In this document: one piece after another, positions 30,327-40,652 of the stretch | How the letters are laid out: the number at the start of each line of letters is the position of its first letter | Position numbering within the stretch: the first letter of the stretch is position 1 | DNA from: a bacterium | GTDB lineage: Bacteria > Krumholzibacteriota > Krumholzibacteriia > G020349025 | Direction: 5' to 3' | Assembly: GCA_031362565.1 (NCBI GenBank) | Contig: JANLSU010000017.1 | Coordinates: forward strand, 10,534-74,533 | DNA: 64,000 nt | Notes under the pieces: generated by a model | Databases searched by the model: none | Told to the model about the DNA's origin: nothing | The model's input: the letters and a program-made list of their open reading frames with translations, nothing else | Translations under genes and position numbers: made by a program

Positions 30327-31067
30327 ATGTTTCGAGTTTCGGTGATCGGCCTCAGCATGGCGGCGCTGCTCGCAACCGTCGCCCCCAGCTTCGGCACCAA
30401 GGCCACGACTTTCGTCGTCCGCGTCGAGAATGTGTCGACGCCCATGACGCTCAAGCTCTCGAACGGCACCACGGCACCGAACCCCAATTCGCCTGGCCTG
30501 TGGGCGGTGCATACCGGCGCCAACCCGTTCTTCGCTGCCGGCAAGCCGGCGCCGGCCGGACTCGAGTGGCAAGCGGAAGACGGCAACCCGGGCGAACTCG
30601 CCAAGAACGTGCCCGGCTTGGCCGGCGTGCTCTCGACGGGTCTCTTCAATGTGCCGGTCGGCGAGACGATGCCCGGCCCGGCGCGCCCCGGCAAAGCGTT
30701 CGAATTCGCCTTCACGGCGGCTCCGGGCTGCAAGCTGTCGTTGACGACGATGTTCGGCCAGTCGAACGATCTCTTCTATTCGATGAGCGACAAGGGCGTC
30801 GAGCTCTTCGACGCCAAGGGCGCTCCGGTCACCGGTGACATCACGTCGCAGCTCCTGCTGTGGGACGCGGGCACCGAAGTGAACCAGGAACCAGGCCTGG
30901 GCTCGGACCAAGGTCCGCGCCAGAAGGCGACCAACACGGGTGCAGCCGAAAATGGTGTCGTGCAGCAGATCGCCGGCGTCAAGGATGGCTTCGCGTACCC
31001 GGCGACGAAGGATGTTCTGCACGTGACGATCAGCGTTGGGAACGACAAGAGCATGGCGGCGCGCTGA
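30327..31067 (+). CDS. Spondin_N-domain secreted protein
   Basis: Signal peptide; SPGLWAVH, AEDGNP, TMFGQSNDLF, WDAGTEVN. Confidence 0.85.
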   Translation: MFRVSVIGLSMAALLATVAPSFGTKATTFVVRVENVSTPMTLKLSNGTTAPNPNSPGLWAVHTGANPFFAAGKPAPAGLEWQAEDGNPGELAKNVPGLAGVLSTGLFNVPVGETMPGPARPGKAFEFAFTAAPGCKLSLTTMFGQSNDLFYSMSDKGVELFDAKGAPVTGDITSQLLLWDAGTEVNQEPGLGSDQGPRQKATNTGAAENGVVQQIAGVKDGFAYPATKDVLHVTISVGNDKSMAAR

Positions 31068-31166
31068 GGCGCGGCCCCTTGGTGTTTGCAGCGGCGCGTG
31101 CGCCAGTGCCCTGAGAGGCCTGGCGCACTGCGCCGCACCCCCTTTGAACGACCCGGAGATGCGAAG

Positions 31167-32723
31167 ATGAGCGACACGAACAATTCGTACGACGTAATCA
31201 ACATCGGTTCGGGCGCTGGGGGCGGCACGCTCGCCTGGGCGCTCGCGCCCACCGGCAAGCGGATCCTAATTCTGGAACGCGGCGGCTACGTGCCGCGCGA
31301 GAAGGACAACTGGAGCACCCGCGCCGTCAACGTCGATGCCAAGTACAACACCAAGGACGAGTGGAAGGACAAGGACGGCAAGCCGCTGCACCCACACACC
31401 AACTACTATGTCGGCGGCAACACCAAGTTTTATGGCGCGGCACTCTTCCGGATGCGCCAGAAAGACTTCGGCACGCTGCGGCACCACGGCGGCGTCTCGC
31501 CGGCCTGGCCGGTGACCTACGATGAACTCGAGCCCTATTACACGCGCGCCGAGCACCTCTACAACGTGCACGGCGAGCGCGGTGCGGATCCTACCGAGCC
31601 CTGGTCGAGCGGCCCTTATCCGTTCCCCAAGGTCACCCACGAGCCGCGCATCCAGCAGTTGCACGACGATCTGGTCAAACTCGGACACCAGCCGTTTCAT
31701 GTGCCGCTCGGCATCATGCTCGACGAGAAGAATCCGCGGCGGAGCGCCTGCATCCGTTGCGACACCTGCGACGGGCATCCGTGCGTCGTCGGCGCCAAGT
31801 CGGATGCGCAGGTCTGCGCCGTCGACCCGGCGCTGGCGCATCCCAACGTCACGCTGATCACGAATGCCTACGTTTCGAAGCTCGCGACCAACGCCAGCGG
31901 CCGCGAGGTCACCGAGGTGCATGTGACTCGCGACGGCATGAACGAGGTCTACAAGGGCGCCATCGTCGTGTCGTCGTGCGGCGCCATCAACTCGGCGGCG
32001 TTGCTGCTGCGGTCGGCGAACGACAAGCATCCGAACGGGCTCGCGAACGGCTCCGACATGGTGGGCCGGCACTATATGGGCCATGTGAACTCGGTCGTGA
32101 TGGCTATTTCGAAGACCCCGAACCCGACCGTCTTTCAAAAGACGCTGGCACTCAACGATTTCTATTTTGGCAGTGACGACTGGGACTTCCCCATGGGCCA
32201 TATCTCGTTCGTGGGCAAGTTGGATGCCGTGACCCTGTCGGCCGGCGCGCCGCCACTCGTGCCCGGCATGACGCTCGACATCATGGCGCGCCATTCGCTC
32301 GACTTCTGGCTGACGTCCGAGGACCTGCCGGACCCGAACAACCGCGTCTCGCTCGACCGCGAGGGGCGGATCGTGCTCGCCTACTCCCCGAACAACGAGG
32401 AGGGCCACAAGCGGTTGACTGCTAAATTGAAGCAGCTCGTGAGCGAGTGCGGCTGCCATTCGCTCGTGCCGCGCAATCTCTTCATCGGCCAGCGGATCCC
32501 ACTTGGCGGCGTGGCGCATCAGAACGGCACGATCCGGTTCGGTGAGGATCCCAAGGCGTCGGCGCTCGATCGCAACTGCCGGGCACATGAAGTCGACAAC
32601 CTGTATGTCGTCGACGCGAGCTTTTTCCCGTCGAGCGCCGCCGTGAACCCGGCGCTCACCATCATGGCGAATGCGCTCCGCGTCGCTGACCACTTGAAGG
32701 AACGCCTGGGGATGCGGACGTGA
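31167..32723 (+). CDS. GMC-family FAD oxidoreductase with Fe-S-type Cys cluster
   Basis: GSGAGGG, VGGNTKFYG, CIRCDTCDGHPC, HQNGT.RFG, NPALTIMANALRV. Confidence 0.92.
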   Translation: MSDTNNSYDVINIGSGAGGGTLAWALAPTGKRILILERGGYVPREKDNWSTRAVNVDAKYNTKDEWKDKDGKPLHPHTNYYVGGNTKFYGAALFRMRQKDFGTLRHHGGVSPAWPVTYDELEPYYTRAEHLYNVHGERGADPTEPWSSGPYPFPKVTHEPRIQQLHDDLVKLGHQPFHVPLGIMLDEKNPRRSACIRCDTCDGHPCVVGAKSDAQVCAVDPALAHPNVTLITNAYVSKLATNASGREVTEVHVTRDGMNEVYKGAIVVSSCGAINSAALLLRSANDKHPNGLANGSDMVGRHYMGHVNSVVMAISKTPNPTVFQKTLALNDFYFGSDDWDFPMGHISFVGKLDAVTLSAGAPPLVPGMTLDIMARHSLDFWLTSEDLPDPNNRVSLDREGRIVLAYSPNNEEGHKRLTAKLKQLVSECGCHSLVPRNLFIGQRIPLGGVAHQNGTIRFGEDPKASALDRNCRAHEVDNLYVVDASFFPSSAAVNPALTIMANALRVADHLKERLGMRT

Positions 32724-33847
32724 GAACGACACACCTCGCCTTTTGGTTGGCGGCCGTGCTTTCGAGCCCCGCCTTGGCGCAACCGGCACCGGCGACGGCC
32801 GGGGAGTCACCGGTCCAATGCGTCGCCGCCGTCGGAATGACCGTGAGTGACATGGACCGGTCGCTCGCCTTCTATACCGAAGTGCTGGGTTGCACGAAGC
32901 AGTCCGATGTCGAGGTCTGGGGCGAAGACGTGGAGCACCTCGATGGACTTTTTGGATTGCGAAAGCGCGTCGTGCAATTGAACCTCGGAGCGGAGACTTT
33001 GGTCCTCACGGACTATCTAACCGCCGGCGGCCGGCCGATCCCGCCCGATGCACGCAGCAACGACCGCTCGTTCCAGCACGTGGCGATCGTCGTCCGCGAC
33101 ATGCAGCCGGCGTACGAGTGGTTGCGAGTCCACAAGGTCGTACACGCGTCCACCGGGCCGCAACGCTTGCCGGACTGGAACCCGAATGCCGGCGGCATCG
33201 AGGCCTTCTACTTCCGCGACCCCGACGATCACAATTTGGAGGTCATCTTTTTCCCGCCCGGCAAGGGCGACGCCAAGTGGCAGACATTGGCGGCGCAAAG
33301 CCATGCCGTGGGGCCGCAAGACAGGACCGTTCCCAGCCGGCTTTTCCTCGGCATCGATCACACGGCGATTGTCGTCCGCGACACCGAGGCGAGCACGGCC
33401 TTCTACGCCCAGCTCCTCGGGATGCGTGTCGCCGGCCACAGCGAAAACTACGGCACCGAGCAGGAACATCTGAACAACGTCTTCGGGGCGCGCCTTTGGA
33501 TCACCGGCCTGCGGGCCGCATCCGGGCCGGGGATCGAGTTCCTCGAGTACCTGGCGCCGCGCGACGGGCGCCCGGCCTTGGAAGATGGGCGCGACGACGA
33601 CATTTCACACTGGGAAACAACGCTGGTCGCCGGCGACGTCGAAGCGCTCGCCGCCCGCCTCAAAACCGCCGGGGCGTCATTTGTTTCGCCGGGAACCGTT
33701 TCCGTGCGCGATGAATTCCTAGGTTTCAACAAGGGGTTTCAAGTCCGGGACCCCGATGGACATATTCTGGAGGTCACGGATTCATGGCAGACGCCACGCA
33801 ACTCGGCACCCGGCCCGCAAACCGCCCGGCGCGGGAGCACGAAATGA
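32720..33847 (+). CDS. Exported VOC/glyoxalase-family protein (two domains)
   Basis: Signal peptide; [45 protein letters not shown]; overlaps both neighbouring genes. Confidence 0.88.
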   Translation: MRTTHLAFWLAAVLSSPALAQPAPATAGESPVQCVAAVGMTVSDMDRSLAFYTEVLGCTKQSDVEVWGEDVEHLDGLFGLRKRVVQLNLGAETLVLTDYLTAGGRPIPPDARSNDRSFQHVAIVVRDMQPAYEWLRVHKVVHASTGPQRLPDWNPNAGGIEAFYFRDPDDHNLEVIFFPPGKGDAKWQTLAAQSHAVGPQDRTVPSRLFLGIDHTAIVVRDTEASTAFYAQLLGMRVAGHSENYGTEQEHLNNVFGARLWITGLRAASGPGIEFLEYLAPRDGRPALEDGRDDDISHWETTLVAGDVEALAARLKTAGASFVSPGTVSVRDEFLGFNKGFQVRDPDGHILEVTDSWQTPRNSAPGPQTARRGSTK

Positions 33848-34962
33848 CGCGCACGATGATGCAGGCCGTCGCGGTTCACCCGGGCCAGCCCGGAAGTGTG
33901 CACTTGGCGGCACTGGCCAAGCCGGCGCTCGACGACGTGCCGAATGGCCGGGGTGTGCTGGTCAAGGTGTTGCGCGTCGGCGTCGATGGCACCGACAAGG
34001 AAATCAACGCCGCCGAGTACGGCGCCGCCCCCGCGGGATACGATTTTTTGGTCATCGGGCATGAGAGCTTCGGGCGCGTCGAAGCCGTGGGCCCCAATGT
34101 CACCGAGTTCGCACCCGGCGACTATGTCGTTGCGACCGTGCGCCGGCCGGGCTCGAGCTTGTATGACACGATCGGCACGTATGACATGACGACCGACGAT
34201 TCGTATTTCGAGCGCGGCATCAATCTGCGCCATGGCTATCTCACCGAATACTATGTCGACGATCCGGAGTACATCGTCAAAGTGCCGCAGGGCCTCAAGA
34301 ACATCGCCGTGCTGCTCGAGCCGGCCTCGGTCGTCGAGAAGGGCATCGCGCAGGCGTACGAGATCCAGCGACGCCTCAAGGTTTGGCGGCCGCGCCGGGT
34401 GGCGGTCGTGGGTGCCGGCACCATCGGCCTCATGGCATCGATGTCGCTGCGCCTTCGCGGTCTCGAGGTGACAACGTTTGGGCGGACGCCGAAGCCGTAC
34501 CTCAATTCGAATCTGCTGGAAGAGATCGGCGCCCGTTACATCACGACCACCGACACGACGCTATTGGAGGCGTCAAAGAAGTACGGGCCGTTCGACCTCA
34601 TCTTCGAGTGCACGGGTTTCTCACCGATCGTGTTCGAGGCGATGCAGGCGCTCGGCAAGAATGGCGTGCTCGTGCTGACGAGCGTCACCGGCGGCGACCG
34701 GATGGTCGAAATCCCGGCCGACAGGATCAATTTGGAGTTCGTCCTCGGCAACAAGGTCGTCGTGGGCTCGGTGAATGCCAACCGCGAATACTTCGAGGCT
34801 GGCGTCCGCGATTTCTCGCAGTGCGAGGCGCAGTTCCCCGGCTGGCTCGACCAGTTCCTGACCCATCCGGTCGAGGGCCTCGAGAACTACGCCGAGTTGC
34901 TCGACAAGCTGACCCACGCCAAGGGTGCGATCAAGGTCTACTGCAACGTCGCGGCGCTCTGA
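33844..34962 (+). CDS. Zn-dependent glucose 1-dehydrogenase-like MDR enzyme (archaeal Gdh type)
   Basis: [38 protein letters not shown]. Confidence 0.85.
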   Translation: MTRTMMQAVAVHPGQPGSVHLAALAKPALDDVPNGRGVLVKVLRVGVDGTDKEINAAEYGAAPAGYDFLVIGHESFGRVEAVGPNVTEFAPGDYVVATVRRPGSSLYDTIGTYDMTTDDSYFERGINLRHGYLTEYYVDDPEYIVKVPQGLKNIAVLLEPASVVEKGIAQAYEIQRRLKVWRPRRVAVVGAGTIGLMASMSLRLRGLEVTTFGRTPKPYLNSNLLEEIGARYITTTDTTLLEASKKYGPFDLIFECTGFSPIVFEAMQALGKNGVLVLTSVTGGDRMVEIPADRINLEFVLGNKVVVGSVNANREYFEAGVRDFSQCEAQFPGWLDQFLTHPVEGLENYAELLDKLTHAKGAIKVYCNVAAL

Positions 34963-35060
34963 GGCACACCGAATTCGCGGCGGTCGTGCTAGGCTGCCTC
35001 CCCAAAGCGCCGGCCGGGGTCCAAGTTCGCCCGGCCAACGCTCGATGCCCTGGGAGGGCC

Positions 35061-35588
35061 GTGAAGCCGCTGCTCGTGCTCGATCACTGGATCGAAAAAG
35101 TTGCGGTCGGGGCCATCGTGCTCCTGCTCAGCGTTATGATCCTGCTCGCCTTCGGGCAGGTCTTGATGCGGAATATTTTTCATTCCGCATTTCCGGGCGT
35201 CGACGTCCTCTTGCGGCATCTCGTCCTGTGGGTCGGGTACTTCGGGGCCATCATTGCGACCGGGCACCGGCGGCATCTGCGCATCGAGGTCGTTGAACTC
35301 GTCTTGTCGGAGCGCGCCCGGGTCGTGTGCGCCGTCATCGCCAATCTCTTTGCGGCGGCCATCTGCATCGTGCTCCTGCGGGCGGCGATTTCCTTCGTGC
35401 ACCTCGAGCGGGCCGAAACGACCACCACCATGATCGGCCTGCCGGCGTGGGTGTTTGCCATCGTCGTACCGGTGGGTTACGCCGCGATCGGGTTCCGCTT
35501 CATCGTCCGGGCGGTCGAGATCGTCGCCGGCAGTCCGGAGGTCCGCCGCAACGCCATGGCGGGCCCCGGCGAAACGCGAGTCCTATGA
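35061..35588 (+). CDS. dctQ: TRAP transporter small permease
   Basis: GTG after GGAGG; four TMs; QVLMRN, LRHLVLWVG..GA, HLRIE. Confidence 0.85.
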   Translation: MKPLLVLDHWIEKVAVGAIVLLLSVMILLAFGQVLMRNIFHSAFPGVDVLLRHLVLWVGYFGAIIATGHRRHLRIEVVELVLSERARVVCAVIANLFAAAICIVLLRAAISFVHLERAETTTTMIGLPAWVFAIVVPVGYAAIGFRFIVRAVEIVAGSPEVRRNAMAGPGETRVL

Positions 35589-36844
35589 TTCTCGTTCTCG
35601 TCTGTCTCGGGCTCGTGGCGCTTTTCCTCGCCGGCTCGCCGGTGTTCGCAATTTTGGGCGCCATCGCGCTCTACGGGTTCGCGTCGCACGGGATCGATCC
35701 GTCGACCGTGATCATCGAACTGTATCGTCTGACGCGCGAGCCCGTCTTTCTCGCCATCCCGCTCTTCACGTTTGCCGGTTACATGCTGGCGGAGAGCAAG
35801 GCGCCACAGCGGCTCGTCGCACTCGCACAAGCCCTCATCGGCTGGCTGCCGGGCGGCGTGGCGATCGTCGTGCTGGCGAGCTGCGCCGTTTTCACCGCTT
35901 TCACGGGTGGCTCCGGCATCACGATCGTCGCACTCGGCGGCCTCGTGTTTCCGATCCTGCGCGCCGAAGGGTATTCCGAAAAGTTCTCGCTTGGGCTGGT
36001 GACGTCGTCGGGGAGCATGGGGCTCCTGTTCCCGCCCAGCCTGCCGATCATTTTGTACGGCACGCTTTCGGGAACGTCGATCGACGCGCTCTTCCGGGCC
36101 GGGATTGTTCCCGGCACGTTGCTCATCGTGGCGGTTGCGTTGCTCGGCGTCCGGCAGGGGGCGCGCATGCCGCGCCACAAATTCGACGCCGGAGTTGCGA
36201 TGCGGGCGATTCGCGCCGCGGGCTGGGAAATTCCTCTGCCCTTCGTCGTCATCGGCGGCATCTATGCGGGCTGGTTCACCGCCAATGAAGCCGCTGCCGT
36301 CACCGCTTTCTACACCTTCTTGGTCGAAACCGTCATTCGCCGCGAGGTGAGCCTGCGGAAAGGCATTCCGCATGTGATGACCGAGAGCATGATGTTGGTG
36401 GGCGCCGTCCTGATGATTCTGGCGGTCGCCATGGGACTGTCGGGGCTGCTCATCGATCAGGAAGTGCCGCAGCGGCTCTTCGCGTTGCTGCAGAGCGCCG
36501 GCGCCACGCGCTGGGTGTTCTTGATCGCCCTCAATGTGTTCTTGCTCTTGGTCGGCATGGTGATGGAGATTTTCTCGGCGCTCGTCGTGGTGCCGCTCAT
36601 TGTGCCGGTCGCGAAGCAATATGGCATCGACCCCGTGCACCTGGGGATCATCTTCCTGGCGAATCTCGAACTGGCGTACGTGCTGCCGCCCACCGGCCTC
36701 AACGTTTTCCTCGCCAGCTCGCGGTTCCGCAAACCGATCCTCGAAGTGGGGCGTGCGGCGCTGCCGTTCATCCTGATCCTGGCGCTCGGCACCCTCGTCA
36801 TCACGTATGTGCCCGCTCTGAGCCTGCTGTTCGTCGAGCACTGA
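35585..36844 (+). CDS. dctM: TRAP transporter large permease
   Basis: AIPLFTFAG, FTGGSG, GLLFPPSLP.ILY, GIDPVHLG, PP.GLN.F. Confidence 0.9.
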   Translation: MILVLVCLGLVALFLAGSPVFAILGAIALYGFASHGIDPSTVIIELYRLTREPVFLAIPLFTFAGYMLAESKAPQRLVALAQALIGWLPGGVAIVVLASCAVFTAFTGGSGITIVALGGLVFPILRAEGYSEKFSLGLVTSSGSMGLLFPPSLPIILYGTLSGTSIDALFRAGIVPGTLLIVAVALLGVRQGARMPRHKFDAGVAMRAIRAAGWEIPLPFVVIGGIYAGWFTANEAAAVTAFYTFLVETVIRREVSLRKGIPHVMTESMMLVGAVLMILAVAMGLSGLLIDQEVPQRLFALLQSAGATRWVFLIALNVFLLLVGMVMEIFSALVVVPLIVPVAKQYGIDPVHLGIIFLANLELAYVLPPTGLNVFLASSRFRKPILEVGRAALPFILILALGTLVITYVPALSLLFVEH

Positions 36845-36932
36845 CGGGCTCTTGGCCTTGCGCTAGTGGGCTACAGGCCTTTGCTTTAGATTAGACGGTG
36901 ACTCGGCGGCGGCTTCTCGGGCGAGGCTTCGA

Positions 36933-37592
36933 ATGTGCGTTCCCTTTGCGACCCGGCAGTGGCATTGGCCGCGCGGTGCGGCGCTCCAGGCGGCACTGCT
37001 TGGCGTAACGGTCGTGTGCCTGGCGCACGCCGAGAACGGCCGCCCTGCCGCCCAGGACAGCACGCTGCAGCCGGCGCCTTTCACGCCCTTGGCACCGGCA
37101 TCGGCGCTCAACATCCGGGATCTCGGGCCGGGCTCGATTCCGCTCTCCATCGCACCGCCGCCGCCGGCGTTCCACGTGATCCCGACCTATCCCCCTCCGC
37201 CTGCCGTCGACGAATCGGCATTTGCGGATGCGCCGGCCCCAACGGTTGCCGGAACGGCCGACCTGGGTCCGAATCTCCAGGTTTCTCCCGACGCGCTGCG
37301 CGACGACTCGGCGGATTCTTGGCTCCGCCCACGCCGGCTCGTGCACCCCAAGATCCCCGAGAAGATCATCCGGCAGCGCAAGATCGATCAAACCGTCGTT
37401 CTGTCGGCAAACGTCGGCGCCGATGGCCGCGTGCGCGAAGTGCGGGTCCGGCACGCCGCGCGCGATTGCGACGAATGCACCCAGAGTGCGGTCGCGGCGG
37501 CGCGCGGTTACATCTACGAGTCGCCCGGATCCAAGGCCGGCCGGGATGGCGTTTGGGCGACGATCAAAATGCGATTTAGCGTCCGTCCCTGA
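36933..37592 (+). CDS. TonB C-terminal domain protein
   Basis: Hydrophobic N-terminus, Pro-rich linker, V.L...VGADGRV..V.V...AVAAAR.Y.Y; start uncertain. Confidence 0.6.
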   Translation: MCVPFATRQWHWPRGAALQAALLGVTVVCLAHAENGRPAAQDSTLQPAPFTPLAPASALNIRDLGPGSIPLSIAPPPPAFHVIPTYPPPPAVDESAFADAPAPTVAGTADLGPNLQVSPDALRDDSADSWLRPRRLVHPKIPEKIIRQRKIDQTVVLSANVGADGRVREVRVRHAARDCDECTQSAVAAARGYIYESPGSKAGRDGVWATIKMRFSVRP

Positions 37593-37819
37593 ACGAAGTG
37601 GCGCTGGGCGGCGACACCGTCCACGACACGGCCTTTTGCAGTTGCATCACAACTGGCATTCTGCACGCACGGCGTGCCCCCTCACCCCCTCCGCCACAAC
37701 CTCGCAACCCCGCGTTCTACATAGGGCCTCCGGCTCCAGACGATTTCGGTCGGATCTATGCAGTACTGCCTCTCGACTCCGGGCTCATCCACTGGGAAGC
37801 CCCGAGGGGAGGTCCGAAG

Positions 37820-40171
37820 ATGTTCGCGATGCAATCCACCGTGCCTCCGCGCCGCTACGGCCGGAACGCGTTCCTGGCGACCGTCGGTCTGATGTGCGCG
37901 CACGCCGCCGCGGCGCAAACGCGAACGTTTACGGATGATGCGGATTTTGACACGGGCGTTCTCGAAACCGTGAACCACACGGCCGTGCACGATCAGTTGC
38001 AGTTGGATGTCGCGACGCCTTCCTTCTCGATCCTGTGGATCGCCAATTCGGCGCGCGGCACGCTGGTGCGCATCGACGCTACGACCGGTGCAGTTCTGGG
38101 TGAGTACCGGACGGCGCCGCTCGGGCGGCTCCGGAATCCGTCGCGCACCGCCATCGATGCCCTCGGCAACGTGTGGACCGCGAATCGCAGCGAAAATGCG
38201 ATGGGGCGTGGATCGGTCGTCAAAGTGGGCGTCTGTATCGGCGGCACGCGGGTCGCGAAATTGCCCGACGGCACGATCGCACCAGACCCGCTCGGTGACT
38301 ATGTCGCGCCGCCGTTTCAGATCTGCACTGCGGTCGACCGCGACCACGACGGGCTCATTCGCACTTCGCGCGGCTTGGGCGACGTGCTGGCCTGGCCCGA
38401 TGTCACCGACGGCGCAGGCGGCGCGGACGGCGTCGTGGCCGATGCCGACGATGAATGCATCTTGGTCTACCAACGCACGAGCGCACCCAACGCCTGTCAG
38501 GTGAGCCTGGATGCCGGTGGCCACCTGTGGGTTGGTGCCTACCCGCTCGCCATGTTCGACGTTCTCGATGGCACGACGGGTGCGATCGAACGGTCATTGC
38601 CGCTCGGCACGGGCGGCTACGGCGGGTTCATCGACGCCCAGGGCGTGCTCTGGTCGACCCACCTGACCAACGGGCTGTTGTTGCGCTACGACACGACAAC
38701 CGACGTCGCGGCGTCCATTCCGGTCCGTCTGTCGTCCGGCCTCACACGCGGCCCCGATGGATCGCTGTGGGTTTCCATGTGGACGAACAACACGGTCACC
38801 AAACTCGATGCGCAAGGGGTGCAGATCGCCGGCTTCCCGGTGCCCAGCTTCGGCGGCGGCGCGCTCGGCATCGTCATCGGCCCGGATGGCGACGTCTGGG
38901 TCGCGAACACCAACACCAACGCCGTATCCCGGCTCGGGCCGCTCGGCGGGCTGCGCAAGCGCATCACGGTAACCGGATCACCGAGTGGTTTGAGCCTGGA
39001 TGACGCTGGCAAAGTGTGGGTCACGTCACAGACCCAGAACACCGCCTTGCGGATCGATCCGAATGCCGGCAGCGATGGACTGGGAGCGGTCGACCTGACC
39101 GTCGCTCTCGGCGCCGGCGCGGGGCCGCAGACGTTCGGCGACATGGCGGCCCGAATCACCGCGTCGGTCGTCGCACCGGAAGGCACCTGGAGCGTCGTGC
39201 ATGACGGGGGCCGCGCCGCGGTCGAGTGGAGTGCGATCGCTTGGCATGGCGACGAGCCCGCCGGCACGCAGCTCACGGTCGAAGCACGCGCTGCCGAATC
39301 GCCGGCTGATTTGGATGCCCTGCCTTGGATTCCGGCCGGCAACGGTGTGGGCCTCGGCGCTGGGGTGCTGCGCGGACGATTCGCGGCGTTGCGCGTTCAT
39401 TTCACGCCTGCCCCGGCGGTGAACGCGTCACCCGTTCTCGGCGATCTTTCGCTGACTGGAACGGCCAACCGCGCGCCGGATTGCACCACTGCCCAGGCGA
39501 AGATCGAGCGGATTTGGCCGCCGAATGGGCGCATGGTCGCGGTGCCGATCTTCGGAGTGACAGATCCCGATGGCGATCCCGTTGCGATCACGATCACTGG
39601 GATCACGCAAGACGAGCCGGTCGCGCGGCGCGGCCACGGCGGGCGGCGCGAGCCCGATGGCATTGGCGTCGGCACTTCGCTGGCGCAAGTGCGTGCCGAG
39701 CACGCCGCCTACCGCTGGGGACACGGCAACGGCCGGGTCTACGCGATTCACTTCCGCGCCGATGACAATCACGGTGGCACCTGCGACGGCCAGGTTTGGG
39801 TGTGTGTGCCGATGGAACTGGGGCACCGCGGTGCATGCAAGGACGACGGCCAGGTGTACGACTCCACCGTCTCGGATCCGGTTTGCCCGGGGCGCCACCG
39901 CCTCGAGACGTGGCCGCATCCGAATCCGTTCAATCCGTCGACGACGCTGCACTATGAATTGCCGCAACAGGTGCGCGTGCGGGTTGCGGTGTACGACGTC
40001 CGCGGCCAGCAAGTCCGATTGCTCGCGGACGAAGATCAACCGGCAGGTCCACAAGCGCTCTACTGGGACGGACGTGACGCGCGTGGCAACGCACTCCCGA
40101 CCGGTGTGTACCTGTACCGCGTTGACGCCGGCGTATTCGAAGCGCACGGCAGGCTCGTGATGGTGAAATAG
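37820..40171 (+). CDS. Secreted beta-propeller (Vgb/NHL-like) protein with FlgD-Ig/T9SS-type C-terminal domain
   Basis: GGAGG RBS; NPSRTAID..GNVW, GPDG.[LV]WV repeats; WPPNGRMV domain; tail PNPFNPSTT.HYEL...VYDVRGQ.VR...WDGRD...GVYLYR. Confidence 0.85.
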   Translation: MFAMQSTVPPRRYGRNAFLATVGLMCAHAAAAQTRTFTDDADFDTGVLETVNHTAVHDQLQLDVATPSFSILWIANSARGTLVRIDATTGAVLGEYRTAPLGRLRNPSRTAIDALGNVWTANRSENAMGRGSVVKVGVCIGGTRVAKLPDGTIAPDPLGDYVAPPFQICTAVDRDHDGLIRTSRGLGDVLAWPDVTDGAGGADGVVADADDECILVYQRTSAPNACQVSLDAGGHLWVGAYPLAMFDVLDGTTGAIERSLPLGTGGYGGFIDAQGVLWSTHLTNGLLLRYDTTTDVAASIPVRLSSGLTRGPDGSLWVSMWTNNTVTKLDAQGVQIAGFPVPSFGGGALGIVIGPDGDVWVANTNTNAVSRLGPLGGLRKRITVTGSPSGLSLDDAGKVWVTSQTQNTALRIDPNAGSDGLGAVDLTVALGAGAGPQTFGDMAARITASVVAPEGTWSVVHDGGRAAVEWSAIAWHGDEPAGTQLTVEARAAESPADLDALPWIPAGNGVGLGAGVLRGRFAALRVHFTPAPAVNASPVLGDLSLTGTANRAPDCTTAQAKIERIWPPNGRMVAVPIFGVTDPDGDPVAITITGITQDEPVARRGHGGRREPDGIGVGTSLAQVRAEHAAYRWGHGNGRVYAIHFRADDNHGGTCDGQVWVCVPMELGHRGACKDDGQVYDSTVSDPVCPGRHRLETWPHPNPFNPSTTLHYELPQQVRVRVAVYDVRGQQVRLLADEDQPAGPQALYWDGRDARGNALPTGVYLYRVDAGVFEAHGRLVMVK

Positions 40172-40290
40172 GCGGCGGCACCGCCGCTCGGACCGCCCAC
40201 GGTTTGGTGCTGTCGGCGTCCTCCTCGAGTCGGGTACAATGCGACCATCCATCCCCCGTCGGGGTCGCACCGGCTCGAAGGAGGCGTTCC

Positions 40291-40620
40291 ATGCATCCAC
40301 TGCGATTGATCGCACCGATGCTTCTCGCCCTAGTCGTGAATTCAGCGCACGCGGAATCGATCGAGGTGCTGGCGCTGGGGCCGGTCACTCCCAGATTCTT
40401 GCAAGTACTGGCACCGGTGATACCCAGCAACCCTGCGTTCCCGTGTCCGACACTCGTGCTTTGCGATGCACCGACGTTGACGCGCATTTGCGCCCCGCAG
40501 ACGCTGACGTTCGCCGTGAATCAGCCGAACGGCTGTTCGTTCGATGGACCGGTGCGCGGCGAATGCTCGGTTGCGGTCACGGCCGACAGCTGGTCGCGCG
40601 TCAAACATCTGTATCGGTAG
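40291..40620 (+). CDS. Small secreted protein homologous to the C-half of the 15.2-17.0 kb paralogs, with W-x2-VK-x2-YR tail
   Basis: AAGGAGG RBS, TACAAT -10 at 40235, signal peptide; FPCPTLVLCDAPTLTRIC versus FPCPLVTLCDAPVFTKLC; ends VAVTADSWSRVKHLYR. Confidence 0.8.
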   Translation: MHPLRLIAPMLLALVVNSAHAESIEVLALGPVTPRFLQVLAPVIPSNPAFPCPTLVLCDAPTLTRICAPQTLTFAVNQPNGCSFDGPVRGECSVAVTADSWSRVKHLYR

Positions 40621-40652
40621 GCCTCTGCACGTCATTCCGGAAGCGGGGCCGC

